Shown: positions 51,361 through 63,383 of the stretch, one piece after another | Position numbering within the stretch: position 1 is the first letter of the stretch | Layout of the letters: the number at the start of each line of letters is the position of its first letter | Source: Octopus bimaculoides | Taxonomy: Eukaryota | Direction: 5' to 3' | DNA length: 64,000 nt | Assembly (NCBI RefSeq): GCF_001194135.2 | Contig: NC_068993.1 | Span: 59,471,415 to 59,535,414, forward strand | Position numbers and translations under genes: made by a program | The notes under the pieces: generated by a model | What the model saw: only the letters and a program-made list of their open reading frames with translations | What the model was told of the DNA's origin: nothing | The model's database searches: none

Positions 51361-52071
51361 ATTTTAATATTATCTGAGAATATTTGAAGGCAGTGATCTG
51401 GCAAAATGATAAGTACATCAGGTGAAATGCTCAGCAACATTTCATCTGCCTTTATGTTCTGGGTTCAATTTTTACCGACTTCAACTTTGCTTTCATCATT
51501 TCAGTTCAATAAGATAAGTACCAGTATTTCCTCATAACATCAGATCAGATCTTGTATCAAATAGTGTCAATAAATTAAATAGCTTTAAAGTGAACAATCG
51601 GTGAAAATCAGTTTAGAAAATGTGCAAACAAGATTTGGTTATTAAAAAAAGTAGAAAAGGAATAATTTCATAGTAAACCAGTTTTATTTAGAGTTTAACT
51701 TATTATAAAAATACAAAGAGACTATTGCAGTCAGAATTCTGGAATTTACACTTGAAATGACAAAATGCTAGAGATGACAATCATTATCGTCATCATGTGA
51801 TGATGATGATGATGATGATGATGTGGTCCAACACATTCCAGCATTGAAAATGGACATAGAAAAATATTGATGATGATAATTCAGAAAATTGCTCCACCAG
51901 TTTTGTTTTTATACCCACAATCCAGGGCCTACTTCTATCCTATTATAACATGATGAAAGACTATATGTTCTGATTTGTTTATTTCTTATTATTTAGCATC
52001 ATACATGGGTATGAATGCTTACAGTTAAGAGATGTTTTAGTCTCTTCCCTACCACAAGGAGATTCTTTCTC

Positions 52072-52443
<372 letters not shown>

Positions 52444-53127
52444 CTATAATTTATTTCTAACAAATATTCCTTCTGCTATATGTCCATCATCTGGATGCAA
52501 AGTGCTTCATAAATCTACCTGAATATATTTAAAATGCAGAATTGTATTGGACTCATTCCAGAGAATGACACACACAAATGTTGCTTAATAATCTTACCCA
52601 GAGGAAATCTTTCAACGTAATTCATTAAATTTATATGAAAATGGTTATATTTGTTCAGTATAACATCTTTTGTCTTAAAAGATGATAAATATTGATGATG
52701 CTTCTGTTGTATAAAAAAAGAAAATGTTTCTGCCAGTTTCAGCTCTGATTCTGAAATAATAAGGAAAACAGAATAAGATTTCAAGAATGCATAAACAGCA
52801 TAAATGATGTATTACTTAAATGGAAACTTAATGGGTTTGTTTACGTTACCGTGACTTAACGGTTGGGCAAAAAGTAACCGACATAATAAGTACCAGACTT
52901 CAAAAAATACGTACTGGGATCGAATTGTTCGATTAAACCTTTGAAGTCTATGCCCCAGCCTGGCCGCAGTCTAATGACTAAATCAAGTAAAAGATACAGA
53001 TCGTGAAAGGTGCGATGGTGTGTGAGGTGCAGTTGGTAGGTTTTGTTTTCTATTTCATTTCTAATGTAAATTGTAAATATTTCAGAACAGGCGGAAGATT
53101 GAAAAAAAAAAAGAAAGAAAAAAGTCG

Positions 53128-53398
53128 GCACTATCATGCTATTAGCTGTCAGAAGTGAAAGTGCTCACTGCCTGCTAGTGAAGTATCTGTCTGTCTGCCT
53201 GCCTGTTGCTGGCCTGTCGTTTCTTTGGCTACTGACAGCTAATACCATGACTGGCCGGAGCGAGCTATACGTCTGTCTGTCTGTCTCTCTATCNNNNNNN
53301 NNNGTTTTCTATTTTGATAGATTCTCACTGTTGAAAATTATATTTTTATATTTTAAATAATTTGCAATTTCAGGAAATGACGCGCGAACTTTCGAGTA

Positions 53399-53431
<33 letters not shown>

Positions 53432-53586
53432 GACAGACAGACATATAGCTCGCTCCGGCCAGTCATGGTATTAGCTGTCAGTAGCCAAAGAATCGACAGG
53501 CCAGCAACAGGCATGCAGGCAGGCAGACAGATACTTCACTAGCAGTGAGCACTTTCACTTCTGACAGCTAATAGCATGATAGTGCC
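53128..53586. mobile_element. 459-bp MITE with ~165-bp TIRs, GG...CC termini, 8-bp TSD, in intron 1 of I
   Basis: TSD aaaaagtc at 53120-53127 and 53587-53594; TIR GGCACTATCATGCTATTAGCTGTCAG...; subterminal (GATA)/(GACA) repeats. Confidence 0.9.
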
Positions 53587-53992
53587 AAAAAGTCATATAA
53601 ATCGTGGGAGCTTTCCCGAAAGCGTAATTGAGGGGGACAGAGAGACTGAGACATTTCAAAAGAGCAAAGATACTGAATATTTTTCTTTTTTGTTCTCTTA
53701 GAAGGCGATTGATATGTTTTGCAAAGTAACGGAAAGAAATCTCTGAGGAATTCTATTTTATTAGTGACGACTATTCCGAAAGCCACCCCACTTTTTCGTA
53801 GTATTTCTGTGTTTGATACAAAGGAAATTACGATTCTGATAGAAATTTTGGCGGACAATCGTAATCTATGAAAATCATGAAGGGGAAGAAAAACCCTCCC
53901 AATTCTTTGCTCTTTTCATTCCTCATGAAGAAACGACGGTTATTCCGAAGATCCGTCTTGAAAATATTAATATCGATTTAAACACTATAAAT

Positions 53993-54110
53993 ACTTACTT
54001 TTCTTTTTACCTTTCTATTTTCTTTGATAAATTCGATTAACATGCGACAAAGTTCGTCGCCGGAAATGATTATGGTAAGGTGCTAGGCGGAAGTAACAGA
54101 ATCCGGATAA
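53993..54110 (-). promoter_or_regulatory. Putative promoter/exon 1 of ZNF I, donor at 53998
   Basis: GGCGGAAGT at 54086-54094 and CGCCGGAAA intact. Confidence 0.7.
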
Positions 54111-55527
54111 ACATTTATTATAATAAACAGAAAACCAAAATATGGATACATTTAGAGTTTTATTATTACACATAGTTTCGTAGTTATTCTGTTAACAACT
54201 ATGGATTTATGTTGTTTGTTCCTGCTCGAGCCATGCCTGGTTCATAAGAGCCGGTTTCCCTGTTTCATAGGCGTATAGATTCCCCACCTGGACGGGTTGC
54301 CTGTCCGTCGCAGGTGAGCTGCTAGATGCAGCGGGAGAGATAGAAAGTTGTGGTGAAAGTGCGAATTCGTACTCTCGTTTTGAATGAAAAGAAAAACAGA
54401 AAATCAATGCCATTCTCAGTGTAGTTTAAGGAAGATTTGACTGCTATTTCTAGCAGGTCTAGAGACCACGTAAAGGTTTCCTCCTTCTTGTCTTTCCTGA
54501 TTTCCATGACAACAGACAGGTCCTACCTAAACTACACTGGCAATAAACGTCTTTGATTGGCATATATTACAGAACTGTCTGTGTTTGTGAATTCTTTATT
54601 AATCTCTAGATTAGTCAAAAGAAATTAAGCCGTAACAAAAAGATCAATTGATTTCAGTAATATTTATTGGTATTTCAGGATTCAGTATACATAATATTTA
54701 AGGAGTCTGATAATATCAGGAACCGCCACTGTTATTTCAGGCTGAAAATAGATTTTGCAAGAATGAATTAAGGAGAGTGGAGACAAAAAAAAAATCACAC
54801 CTTTGATAGATTTACTAGAAATTAATAAGAAAGGGGCATTTTTACTGCCATCCTCAGTATTCAATCAACGGACTATAACTAATTTATTACGTTCATGAGA
54901 AGATCTGTGATATGGAAGAGGCAAGTATCCAGGTTCCACTAATTCTCAACATACCAAATATGTCGGTCTTCAGGCTGGTATGTTGAGAATACTCCAGAAT
55001 GTGTGATCTGATTATGTATGTATGTGTGTGCGTACGCATGTGCCTGTGTATGTATCGTTGTTTAACTCGAGATTTGTATAGAAACTCATTTGGAGGGACC
55101 GTTTTTCATTCGTGGGGCTATACTTTACCTGCAACTTAGTTTAATACCACCAAATGGATGATGGCTACCTTTAGTAAGGACCATTCCTTTCTAAGTAATG
55201 GAGTCAAGGTTGAAGACACTTTCTTACTTTTTCCCTACAAGTCTTAGAAGTTTTGGAGTCTTGGGCGCTGTATTTATTTTTCTGACTAACTCAGGAAAGA
55301 ACAAAAAAAAAAAAAAATTAAGGTTTGGTTTGAAAGAGATTTGGTGTCTATTTCTAGCAGTGTGAATGGTCTCATTGAGTTTCCTTCTTTATTCAGTCTA
55401 CGCTATTAATGAGTGTGTTATGCAAATCGAATGCATATATATATATATACACGCGTAAAAATCGAACAATGGGAATGAGTGCTCAACACAGCATCGGTGG
55501 ATAAAAATTCTTTATTTGTATATTTTA

Positions 55528-55668
55528 GGCTACCATTGGTTTCATGTCAAAAAAATATCTTAACAATTTTAATTGTTTTAATCCAAAATAGAGATGACAA
55601 CAATTTCTCCATGTGATCGGCTTGGAAAATTGCTAAGATATTTTTTTAACATGAAGCCAATGGTAGCT
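55528..55668. mobile_element. ~140-bp miniature inverted-repeat element
   Basis: 43-bp arms ggctaccattggtttcatgtcaaaaaaatatcttaacaatttt and aaaattgctaagatatttttttaacatgaagccaatggtagct with 4 mismatches; no clear TSD. Confidence 0.6.
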
Positions 55669-56126
55669 TTCATATAAAAACAAAGTGTGTGTATAGGTGC
55701 ACACACTTGTGTGCGTGTGTTTGTATGTGTCTATATATATGTGTGTGTGTGTGTTCAAAATCTATTGTGTATAGTATATTTAACGAACTTTAAATATGAA
55801 TATAAATGTTCCATGCGTGTATTTGCACGTAAATTATGTATACGTCAAACGCAAGTGTTTTAAATCATTTATTTATGTGGAACGTATCGAAGTCACTTGG
55901 CATCGTAAATGCCAATTAATTCGAATTAAGTTTCAAGAAATCTAATTAAACCAATTATAAAATATTAATACATGACTGTCCGTACAAAACCGAAAGAGAC
56001 ACATTACAACAGCCCAAAATATGAGCTCAGTATAAAACTATTAAATCTTAGTAAAGAGTAGCGTACAAGATTGCAAGTGACTCTTGCTCCAGTGTATCCA
56101 TTCCTTAGGAACTCCACGGGACTCAC

Positions 56127-56163
56127 CAAGCAGGGTTCACCCAGCATGTGAGCGTTTTCAAGT
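56127..56163 (-). CDS. Candidate downstream exon of the tandem-WSC gene (DLKTLTCWVNPA)
   Basis: Acceptor ttccctctgcctag, donor ttg|GTGAGT; phase compatible with the previous exon. Confidence 0.4.
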
Positions 56164-56280
56164 CTAGGCAGAGGGAATAACTTCTCCCTGTCTTTCGTCT
56201 TATAGCATGGCACCGGAATCAGGAAAATGATCCGATCAGTTTAACCTGGGACATTCCCGACGAAGCTTTTCTCTACTCAC

Positions 56281-56364
56281 CCAGGCGCACACTGCTTATT
56301 TTCGTCTCTGTGGGAAACCCCACATTTGGCAGCAGCTTACTATATCTTACAAGAACGGAATTCT
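56281..56364 (-). CDS. Tandem-WSC gene, 84-nt exon after WSC2 (ENSVLVRYSKLLPNVGFPTETKISSVRL)
   Basis: Acceptor aatttaactctcag, donor tgg|GTGAGT; open in phase 1-1. Confidence 0.6.
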
Positions 56365-56586
56365 CTGAGAGTTAAATTTAAAATTTATAAGGTTTTCTAA
56401 CGAAAGCAAGGGAGACTACTCCTATTTACTGCGCCAGAGTTGATGTCGTTAAACCATTTAGTGGTCGCCGAATTGTCTGGTCCACCATGTGACTCAAACC
56501 AGAAGAAAATGAATGAGTTTTGGTTATTATTCAATAACAAGCTTTATTTATAAACTATGGCTGCCTCACTGCACAAGATTATTTAA

Positions 56587-57188
56587 GGATCTATCTTAAA
56601 ACGGGGGCGCCAGTTTTCATTTATGTTTTATGTAGTGTTTTTGGTACGGAAAGACTTTCAAACTTCGTATACTTATCTATTTTGTGTTATAGAACAGNNN
56701 NNNNNNNNNNNNNNNNNNNNNNNNNNNNNNNNNNNNNNNNNNNNNNNNNNNNNNNNNNNNNNNNNNNNNNNNNNNNNNNNNNNNNNNNNGTTAACCGTAA
56801 CCGTAACCCTAACCCTAAAACTAACCCTAACTCTAGAATCCGAACTCTAAAATTGTTACACACACAGATACGCACAGCGTAATTTATTATATAAACAATA
56901 TATGCGTATAAATTACGATTAAACCGGATGAAATATGTCACAGGGAATAACATTTTTATGACCGCCCAGCAGTAACTCTATTGGGCTGAATAGATGTCAG
57001 TGATTGGTTGAAATTACAGAAATACGACAACTTTAACATGGAATAACTTGCGAATTCCTTTTTTTTGTTAAGAAGACTAAGAGTAAAAGATGTTTTATAT
57101 GACACATTCTACCAGTGTCCCAAGTTTCAAAGTGTTTCGTTAGTGTTTCGTTAAGAACATACTGGCGCCCCCGTTTTAAAATAGATCC
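56587..57188. mobile_element. ~600-bp MITE, GG...CC termini, 8-bp TSD, internal TAACCC-type repeats
   Basis: TSD ttatttaa at 56579-56586 and 57189-57196; TIR GGATCTAT(C/T)TTAAAACGGGGGCGCCAGT; taaccg/taaccc units at 56791-56832 beside a gap. Confidence 0.85.
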
Positions 57189-57559
57189 TTATTTAATTTT
57201 ACTAATGATGAAGATTTTAGACAAACTGCTAAAACAATTATTTAATCTTCACATCTTTTGAGAACTCTTTCTTTTCGTCGATATACTGTCACGGACTCAT
57301 ACACAACACATACGTGTGTGTGTGTGTGTGTGTGTGAGCAGGCGTAAGTGTATACCTACTTTTATGCTTACAAGTATAAACCAGAGTCTAGCTGCATCCA
57401 TTTATGTCATAATCGTGACTTTGTAGTTCGATAAATGAGGTCCAGTAAAAAAATGTATCATACAATAAGTATGATCGACTAAAATCGTTGATGACACGCC
57501 TCAGCATGATTACTTTCGAAAAAATGAAACCGGTAAAAGATTAAAGGAATCTATCTCAC

Positions 57560-57698
57560 CTGATTTATAGACAGCCATCGAAAAAGAAGTTCCACAGAAT
57601 TTGTCGTTACTTCCGTGACATCCCTCTTGACAAGCTTTACTGGTGTACCAGAGACCGAACTTATCATAATTTGACCCACAGGAACAAACAAAACCTTT
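57560..57698 (-). CDS. Tandem-WSC gene, WSC2 second-half exon
   Basis: KGFVCSCGSNYDKFGLWYTSKACQEGCHGSNDKFCGTSFSMAVYKS; acceptor ttcgtattccag, donor cag|GTGAGA; phase 0-1. Confidence 0.9.
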
Positions 57699-58442
57699 CT
57701 GGAATACGAAATAAAAGTTCATGTTAAATTCTTTGCTATTGCTGTTGTTGTTGTTGTTGTTTAGGCCCTATCTGTGTCAATTCTAACCAAGTAGACTTTT
57801 GACGAAAGGCATTCCAGAAATGACCACCCTGCCATTTTGCATATCAGGAAGTACATTGTCATAATGTAATGTTCTTTATTTAAAATGACTGAGTGTAAAT
57901 TAAAGGAGATTTCACTGCTGTTTCTAAAGAGAGTGAGTTACCGCACAAACGGTCAGATAACCAATCTCTGCTTTGTTTTTCAAAGATAAAAAAACCCCCC
58001 ACCTAACCCTAACCCTAACGACTCAAGTGACCTTTTAGAATTTTCCTCATTGATATGGAGGTAGCAGAACTCCAATGTTATGCTTTTCATGCCTTTCCAA
58101 ACCACGTTAATGGCACAAGTAAAATGACTGCAAATAAAACTAAATCCGTCTCACATGTTCTGACTGTATGAGAAATTTCTGTTTGCACTGAAGACATCTT
58201 CTCCGTCGAGTTATTCTTCTCAAGTAAATATGTCAGATATCTATCATGTTGAGGGATATTGCCTTTCAGGAAAAGTTGTCTCCTTTCTCAATGACGGGTA
58301 GTCATGATAGGCACACTCGGTTTTGTATATTTGTACCCCAGCGTCACTTTGATGGCACGCACTACTCTCTCGCTCAATAATGATAATAATTATTATTTCA
58401 AATTTTGGTACAAGGATAGCAGTTTAGGAGGAGGGGGGGGGC

Positions 58443-58612
58443 TAAGTCGACTACATCAACCCCAGTGCGTAACTGGTACTTATTTCATCGATCCCCCGAC
58501 AGGATGAAAGGCAAAGTCGACCTCGGTGGAATTTGAACTCAGAATGTAAAGACGGACGAAATGCCACTAAGCATGTTGCCCGGCGTGCAAGCGGTTCAGC
58601 CAGTTCGCCGCC
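58443..58612 (-). mobile_element. Near full-length tRNA-derived SINE in a WSC-gene intron
   Basis: GGCGGCGAACTGGCTGAACCG...GAGTTCAAATTCC...gtcgactttgcctttcatcc...aagtaccag. Confidence 0.85.
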
Positions 58613-58613
58613 T

Positions 58614-58656
<43 letters not shown>

Positions 58657-59118
58657 TGTAAGTCTACGCGCGTGCACACACGCACACACACATACACTGT
58701 TAAATTGTTACTGACGTAATGTAATGAGCCAAACAATAATTTTAGTTCATTCAAATTACACCTGTCGTGCGGAGAAAAAAAATTGACGGTTAATTCTGAT
58801 GCAGAAAGACAAGGGAAGCAACCTTGAAATCTGGGAGTAAATTTATTTATTTCGTAAGAACAGCGACAACTTCTCATACGTTTCGTTCTTATTTGACCTC
58901 GTCAATGGTCTAATGGATTAAGAATATTTGAAAGAGAATGAGAGTTTTGGCTAACCAACACAAACTGACATGACATAAATGAATGATTACTGCACGTAGC
59001 ACTGATTGATATCTCTTCTAAAAGATCAATTTGAAATATTGCCGACCAAACGTTAAGCTTGTTATCTCTGTGGTCTGTTACTTACGCATGAGTAAGAAAT
59101 AACTTAGCTGTGACTTAC

Positions 59119-59246
59119 CGTTAATCCTGCATACTTTTCTCCTTGATTTCCACAATATTTTCGGCAAGTTTCAATAGACATATCTGACCGCGACGAATAT
59201 TTTGGCAAAACCGAATGGTGTCTAGTTTCGTAACAGCCCATGAAAA
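59119..59246 (-). CDS. Tandem-WSC gene, WSC2 first-half exon
   Basis: FMGCYETRHHSVLPKYSSRSDMSIETCRKYCGNQGEKYAGLT; acceptor tttctgcacag, donor acg|GTAAGT; 128 nt, phase 1-0. Confidence 0.9.
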
Positions 59247-59529
59247 CTGTGCAGAAATATAAACCCAAATTTGGAATTAGTTAATGTGCAAGGCATAAAA
59301 ATTTTAAAAAAGGCAAAAGTTATCAATTCATTTCACAAAAACAACAACAAACAAAAAACGAAAACGAAAACAAAAACAACATTTAATGAAGGGAAGCAAA
59401 ATATACTGAAATCGTCTCCTGAATTAAATTATTTTCTGTTCCATATTTAAGAGATGAGAAATTATTTACATTATTTACATTTGACGGATATTTGTGCTCA
59501 TCTTGTTTGCTGTTAGCAAATTTCCCCAA

Positions 59530-59575
59530 GACACCTGATGAAGGCTGGAGGGTATATCAGCCGAAACGTTGTGTT
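59530..59575 (+). ncRNA. Minimal type I hammerhead ribozyme motif (Penelope-like retroelement remnant)
   Basis: Stem I GACAC/GTGTT, core CTGATGA, stem II GGCTGG/TCAGCC, GAAA, palindromic ACGT stem III, GUU cleavage triplet. Confidence 0.7.
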
Positions 59576-60007
59576 AACAACAAACAAGATGCAGACAAAT
59601 ATCCGTCAAATGTAAATAATGTAAATAATGTATTTTATTTTCTATTTTAAGTCGTTTTCTTTTCTTTAATCAGACGAGAAAGAAATTCCTTTACTTTATT
59701 TTTCATCTTTAGGATTAAATTAGAGGAAGAATGGGCGGTGAGCGTAATCTTTTTCGGAACTTCTGTGCCTAGTGGAAGGCCAAAACGATCCTCAGAGTAG
59801 CGACCACTCCTGAATGGTTGCAACAGGGTAATCAGTGTTGAAGCTACCCAATGGCCAGTTATTGATGTTAAAGTAAGCGACCACGGGAACTTTCTTTCCG
59901 ATCTGCTTTCACAAAATTTCCTCACAATTAAAATTCCATTCCAAGAGCTTAACTATAAATTACAATAAATAAGGGACGGGGGATATATTAAACGTGACCC
60001 TACTTAC

Positions 60008-60028
60008 GAGAAGAGTATACGGGTTTCA
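60008..60028 (-). CDS. Tandem-WSC gene, 21-nt microexon 2 (LKPVYSS)
   Basis: Acceptor ttttccattttatatttcag, donor ctc|GTAAGT; keeps frame, phase 1-1. Confidence 0.7.
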
Positions 60029-60886
60029 CTGAAATATAAAATGGAAAATAAACATATAACATGATAGCTTTCATAAATTAGACAAAGTAAAATACTAATC
60101 CATTTATTNNNNNNNNNNCACACACACATCGTGGGACGGAACTTCATATTTAAATAGGTTTGATTATTTTTGAAAATTCTGCGAATTTCGGCGCATTATT
60201 GATTAATGTAAAATAAACTTTTGTTTCGAAAACTAAGTACATTGCGTGTATTCTTATGGATAAACTGAAATGTATTTAATTTTTCATATTTCCAACAAAT
60301 GTAAAAACTGCAAAACTGAAGAAATTTCTTTTTTTACAGAGATTATCAGTTGTTGTTGATATAATAAAGTATAAACGACACTCAACAATGGGATGAGTTT
60401 TGATAAATCCCCTTCAAATGTCTTAAAAGTGTGCTGCTACCAAATATTCACAAGTTAATAGTTGGAGACCATCATCGGAGATATTATGAATGTCCAATAA
60501 TTAAAACACTTCCTACATATTTTTTGAAACGATTCGAATAGTATTTTTTTTTATATATGTAATTAGAAAATTATACAGAAACAGAACTGAAAATTTGAAT
60601 AAAGTGTTAAAATTTGAATAAAATGGTAGAGATTCTCTCTGATGCATTATTTTATAAATAAATAATTTATTGTATTTCGGGATGGTCATTTTTTTTTTCA
60701 TCAACAAAACAATATTTCGACGAATACACCTTCATCAGTGTTCATGTAATCTACAGCACTTTCATAAAAATTTAAGGAAAATGTTAACCTTGCCAACCCC
60801 CACCAATATTATTGTTATGTTTTACTCTGGTATCAAATCAACAAGAAATAAACATCACTAAATAGAAATGGTATTCCTCAACTTAC

Positions 60887-60907
60887 GGTCGCTTGGTTTA
60901 ATTTTAA
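60887..60907 (-). CDS. Tandem-WSC gene, 21-nt microexon 1 (VKIKPSD)
   Basis: Acceptor tttattgtttttgtttcag, donor acc|GTAAGT; keeps frame, phase 1-1. Confidence 0.7.
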
Positions 60908-61826
60908 CTGAAACAAAAACAATAAACAAACAAATAAATAATATTAAATAAATAAATAAATAAATAAATAAAATAAATAACTGTTAGAGTGGTTAGGGAC
61001 AACGGCTTGAATGCTCTGAATTCAAATCCGAACGGGATCAATTTTGCTTTCTATTCTTTCAAGGCCAATAAATAAAATACCATCCCAGGGCAGTGGATTA
61101 GCAGAATCGTTTGAGAACTGATTCAGATGATTTTGTGAGAGCCGTTTCTAAGCTTTACGATTTGAATTCAATTTCCATCTGGGTACGATCACCTGACTCT
61201 AGGAGGACAATGCCCAACCCGTAGTTGACAAAACATGGAGGACGAGTAAGCTTAGAATCAATTTAAATAAACAAGCAATAGCATGCTGAAACTTTCATCC
61301 AGAAATGGTTCGCTAACGGCCGAAGGAAATTGAAAAAAGAAACAGTGGGAGCAATGAGGAGAAATGCGTCTGTTAGTTTACATCAAGGTATGTTGGAAAT
61401 GACGGGTAGTGACGCGGAAGAAAGAGGTTTCGTACCTGCGTGAGTGACAAGAGAAAGGCAACTACGAGAGTTGCGCGTATGATTGTGTATATATGTCCAT
61501 TGTGAAAGCAGACAGTTGTGTGTTGATGGTTTTCTTCGAGACTTTGTGCATGTGTGTGTGTACATGAGTGTGTATGAGTGAGGGGTATATTATTTGCTTA
61601 CAGTTCTTCAATTAGACTTTGTTACTTGCACTCAAGATTTGTCTGGAAGTTCATTTAAGATTTTCCTGGGCTTGAAACAAAGGAAAAGTCTTGTAACCGA
61701 AATATCACTCTGAATCAATGTTTCATCTCAACTATGGGCAAGTTACACTTTCTTTGCCGTTTTTCTGTTTTTTTTTTATGTGTTTATATGTGTGCGAATG
61801 CATGTAAAAATATAACTGAAGCATAC

Positions 61827-61962
61827 CTGTACGGTAAACAGACATAGCACTCCGTCCTCCACAAAATTGATGTTTATCACCGGGACATTTAAGATAGCAT
61901 TTTTCGTCAGGGTAAAATTTCTCAGACGGGATAACGTTGAAACACAGACAAATTGTAGTGAT
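61827..61962 (-). CDS. Tandem-WSC gene, WSC1 second-half exon
   Basis: ITTICLCFNVIPSEKFYPDEKCYLKCPGDKHQFCGGRSAMSVYRT; acceptor ttttcttttcatag, donor cag|GTATGC; phase 0-1. Confidence 0.9.
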
Positions 61963-62247
61963 CTATGAAAAGAAAATGGTTATGGCTATGAAACGTTTAG
62001 TAATTGCTTAGATCTTAATCAAAACCGACAGAGCAGACATGATGAAAACCATTCCAATCTTTTTGTACATGTAGGATTATATTGTATAATGTGGGCTTCT
62101 ATTATTTTTTTAAAAGTGTGTTTGGGGGCAAGCTCGGAAGTCACGGAGACCATGATTGACATACAGAAAACCCAGTTCTCTAGTTTTCTCAGACAAGACC
62201 GGCGGAGCATATAATAAAAAAAGTAATACTTAAAAGCTGAGGTCTGC

Positions 62248-62324
62248 ATGTATGTATGTATATGTGTGTGTGTGTGTGTGTATATATATATCTATCTATA
62301 TATCTATATCTATATATATATCTA

Positions 62325-62369
<45 letters not shown>

Positions 62370-62393
62370 CTCTCTCTCTCTCTCTCTCTCTAT
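62248..62393. repeat. Compound microsatellite (GT/TA/TCTA/TC) running into a gap; other microsatellites at 9850-9912, 28553-28601 (GAT), 58614-58656 (TAA), 63711-63791 (ATA)
   Basis: Direct reading of the sequence. Confidence 0.95.
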
Positions 62394-62883
62394 NNNNNNN
62401 NNNNNNNNNNNNNNNNNNNNNNNNNNNNNNNNNNNNNNNNNNNNNNNNNNNNNNNNNNNNNNNNNNNNNNNNNNNNNNNNNNNNNNNNNNNNNNNNNNNN
62501 NNNNNNNNNNNNNNNNNNNNNNNNNNNNNNNNNNNNNNNNNNNNNNNNNNNNNNNNNNNNNNNNNNNNNNNNNNNNNNNNNNNNNNNNNNNNNNNNNNNN
62601 NNNNNNNNNNNNNNNNNNNNNNNNNNNNNNNNNNNNNNNNNNNNNNNNNNNNNNNNNNNNNNNNNNNNNNNNNNNNNNNNNNNNNNNNNNNNNNNNNNNN
62701 NNNNNNNNNNNNNNNNNNNNNNNNNNNNNNNNNNNNNNNNNNNNNNNNNNNNNNNNNNNNNNNNNNNNNNNNNNNNNNNNNNNNNNNNNNNNNNNNNNNN
62801 NNNNNNNNNNNNNNNNNNNNNNNNNNNNNNNNNNNNNNNNNNNNNNNNNNNNATATAGAGAGAAATAAACGAAATATACATAC

Positions 62884-63011
62884 AATAGCCGCAAATTTAA
62901 AATTTTTTTCTCCACAATGTCTTTTGCATGTCCCAGGAGTCATTTCGGAATAGGTCCATCTATGCTTCAAATCTCTGGTTTTATACGACGAAATGGAACA
63001 ACCAATGTAAT
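62884..63011 (-). CDS. Tandem-WSC gene, WSC1 first-half exon
   Basis: DYIGCSISSYKTRDLKHRWTYSEMTPGTCKRHCGEKNFKFAAI; acceptor ctttattttctag, donor att|GTATGT; 128 nt, phase 1-0. Confidence 0.9.
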
Positions 63012-63058
63012 CTAGAAAATAAAGAGTGATGAGGTGATACCGATGCTGAGTAACCCTA

Positions 63059-63099
<41 letters not shown>

Positions 63100-63107
63100 C
63101 ACATACA

Positions 63108-63266
63108 CGACGGGCGTCTTTCAGTTTCCGTCTGCCAAATCCACTCACAAGGCTTTGGTCGGTCCTAGGTTATAGTAGAAGACACTTGGCCATGGTGCCC
63201 CGCAGTGGAACTGAACCCGGAATCATGTGGTTGGTAAACAAGCTACTTACCACACACAGCCACGCC
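63108..63266 (-). mobile_element. tRNA-derived SINE with (CA)n tail
   Basis: GGCGTGGCTGTGTGTGGTAAG...GGGTTCAGTTCCAC...caaagccttgtgagtggatttggcagacggaaactgaaag. Confidence 0.85.
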
Positions 63267-63383
63267 TTTAACAATTTTTAAAAAACGCAATTCCTTCGTT
63301 GGATATCAAACCCCTAAAAACTTTCACTGATAGTTTCAGACAGGTTGCTTACTCTCAACCAGGTGTAGTGAGCTTTTTAATAC

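Noticed and set aside
58004-58020. Short cctaaccctaaccctaac run (also 63051-63060)
   Set aside because: Only 2-3 units with no flanking TIR or TSD.
58680-58830. FQGCF-containing ORF as the first half of WSC2
   Set aside because: It lacks the C-x3-C and YAGL motifs and has weak donors; the exon at 59119-59246 fits much better.
61602-61670. 69-nt segment with good acceptor and donor on the minus strand
   Set aside because: Stops occur in all three frames; at most a poison exon, with no support.
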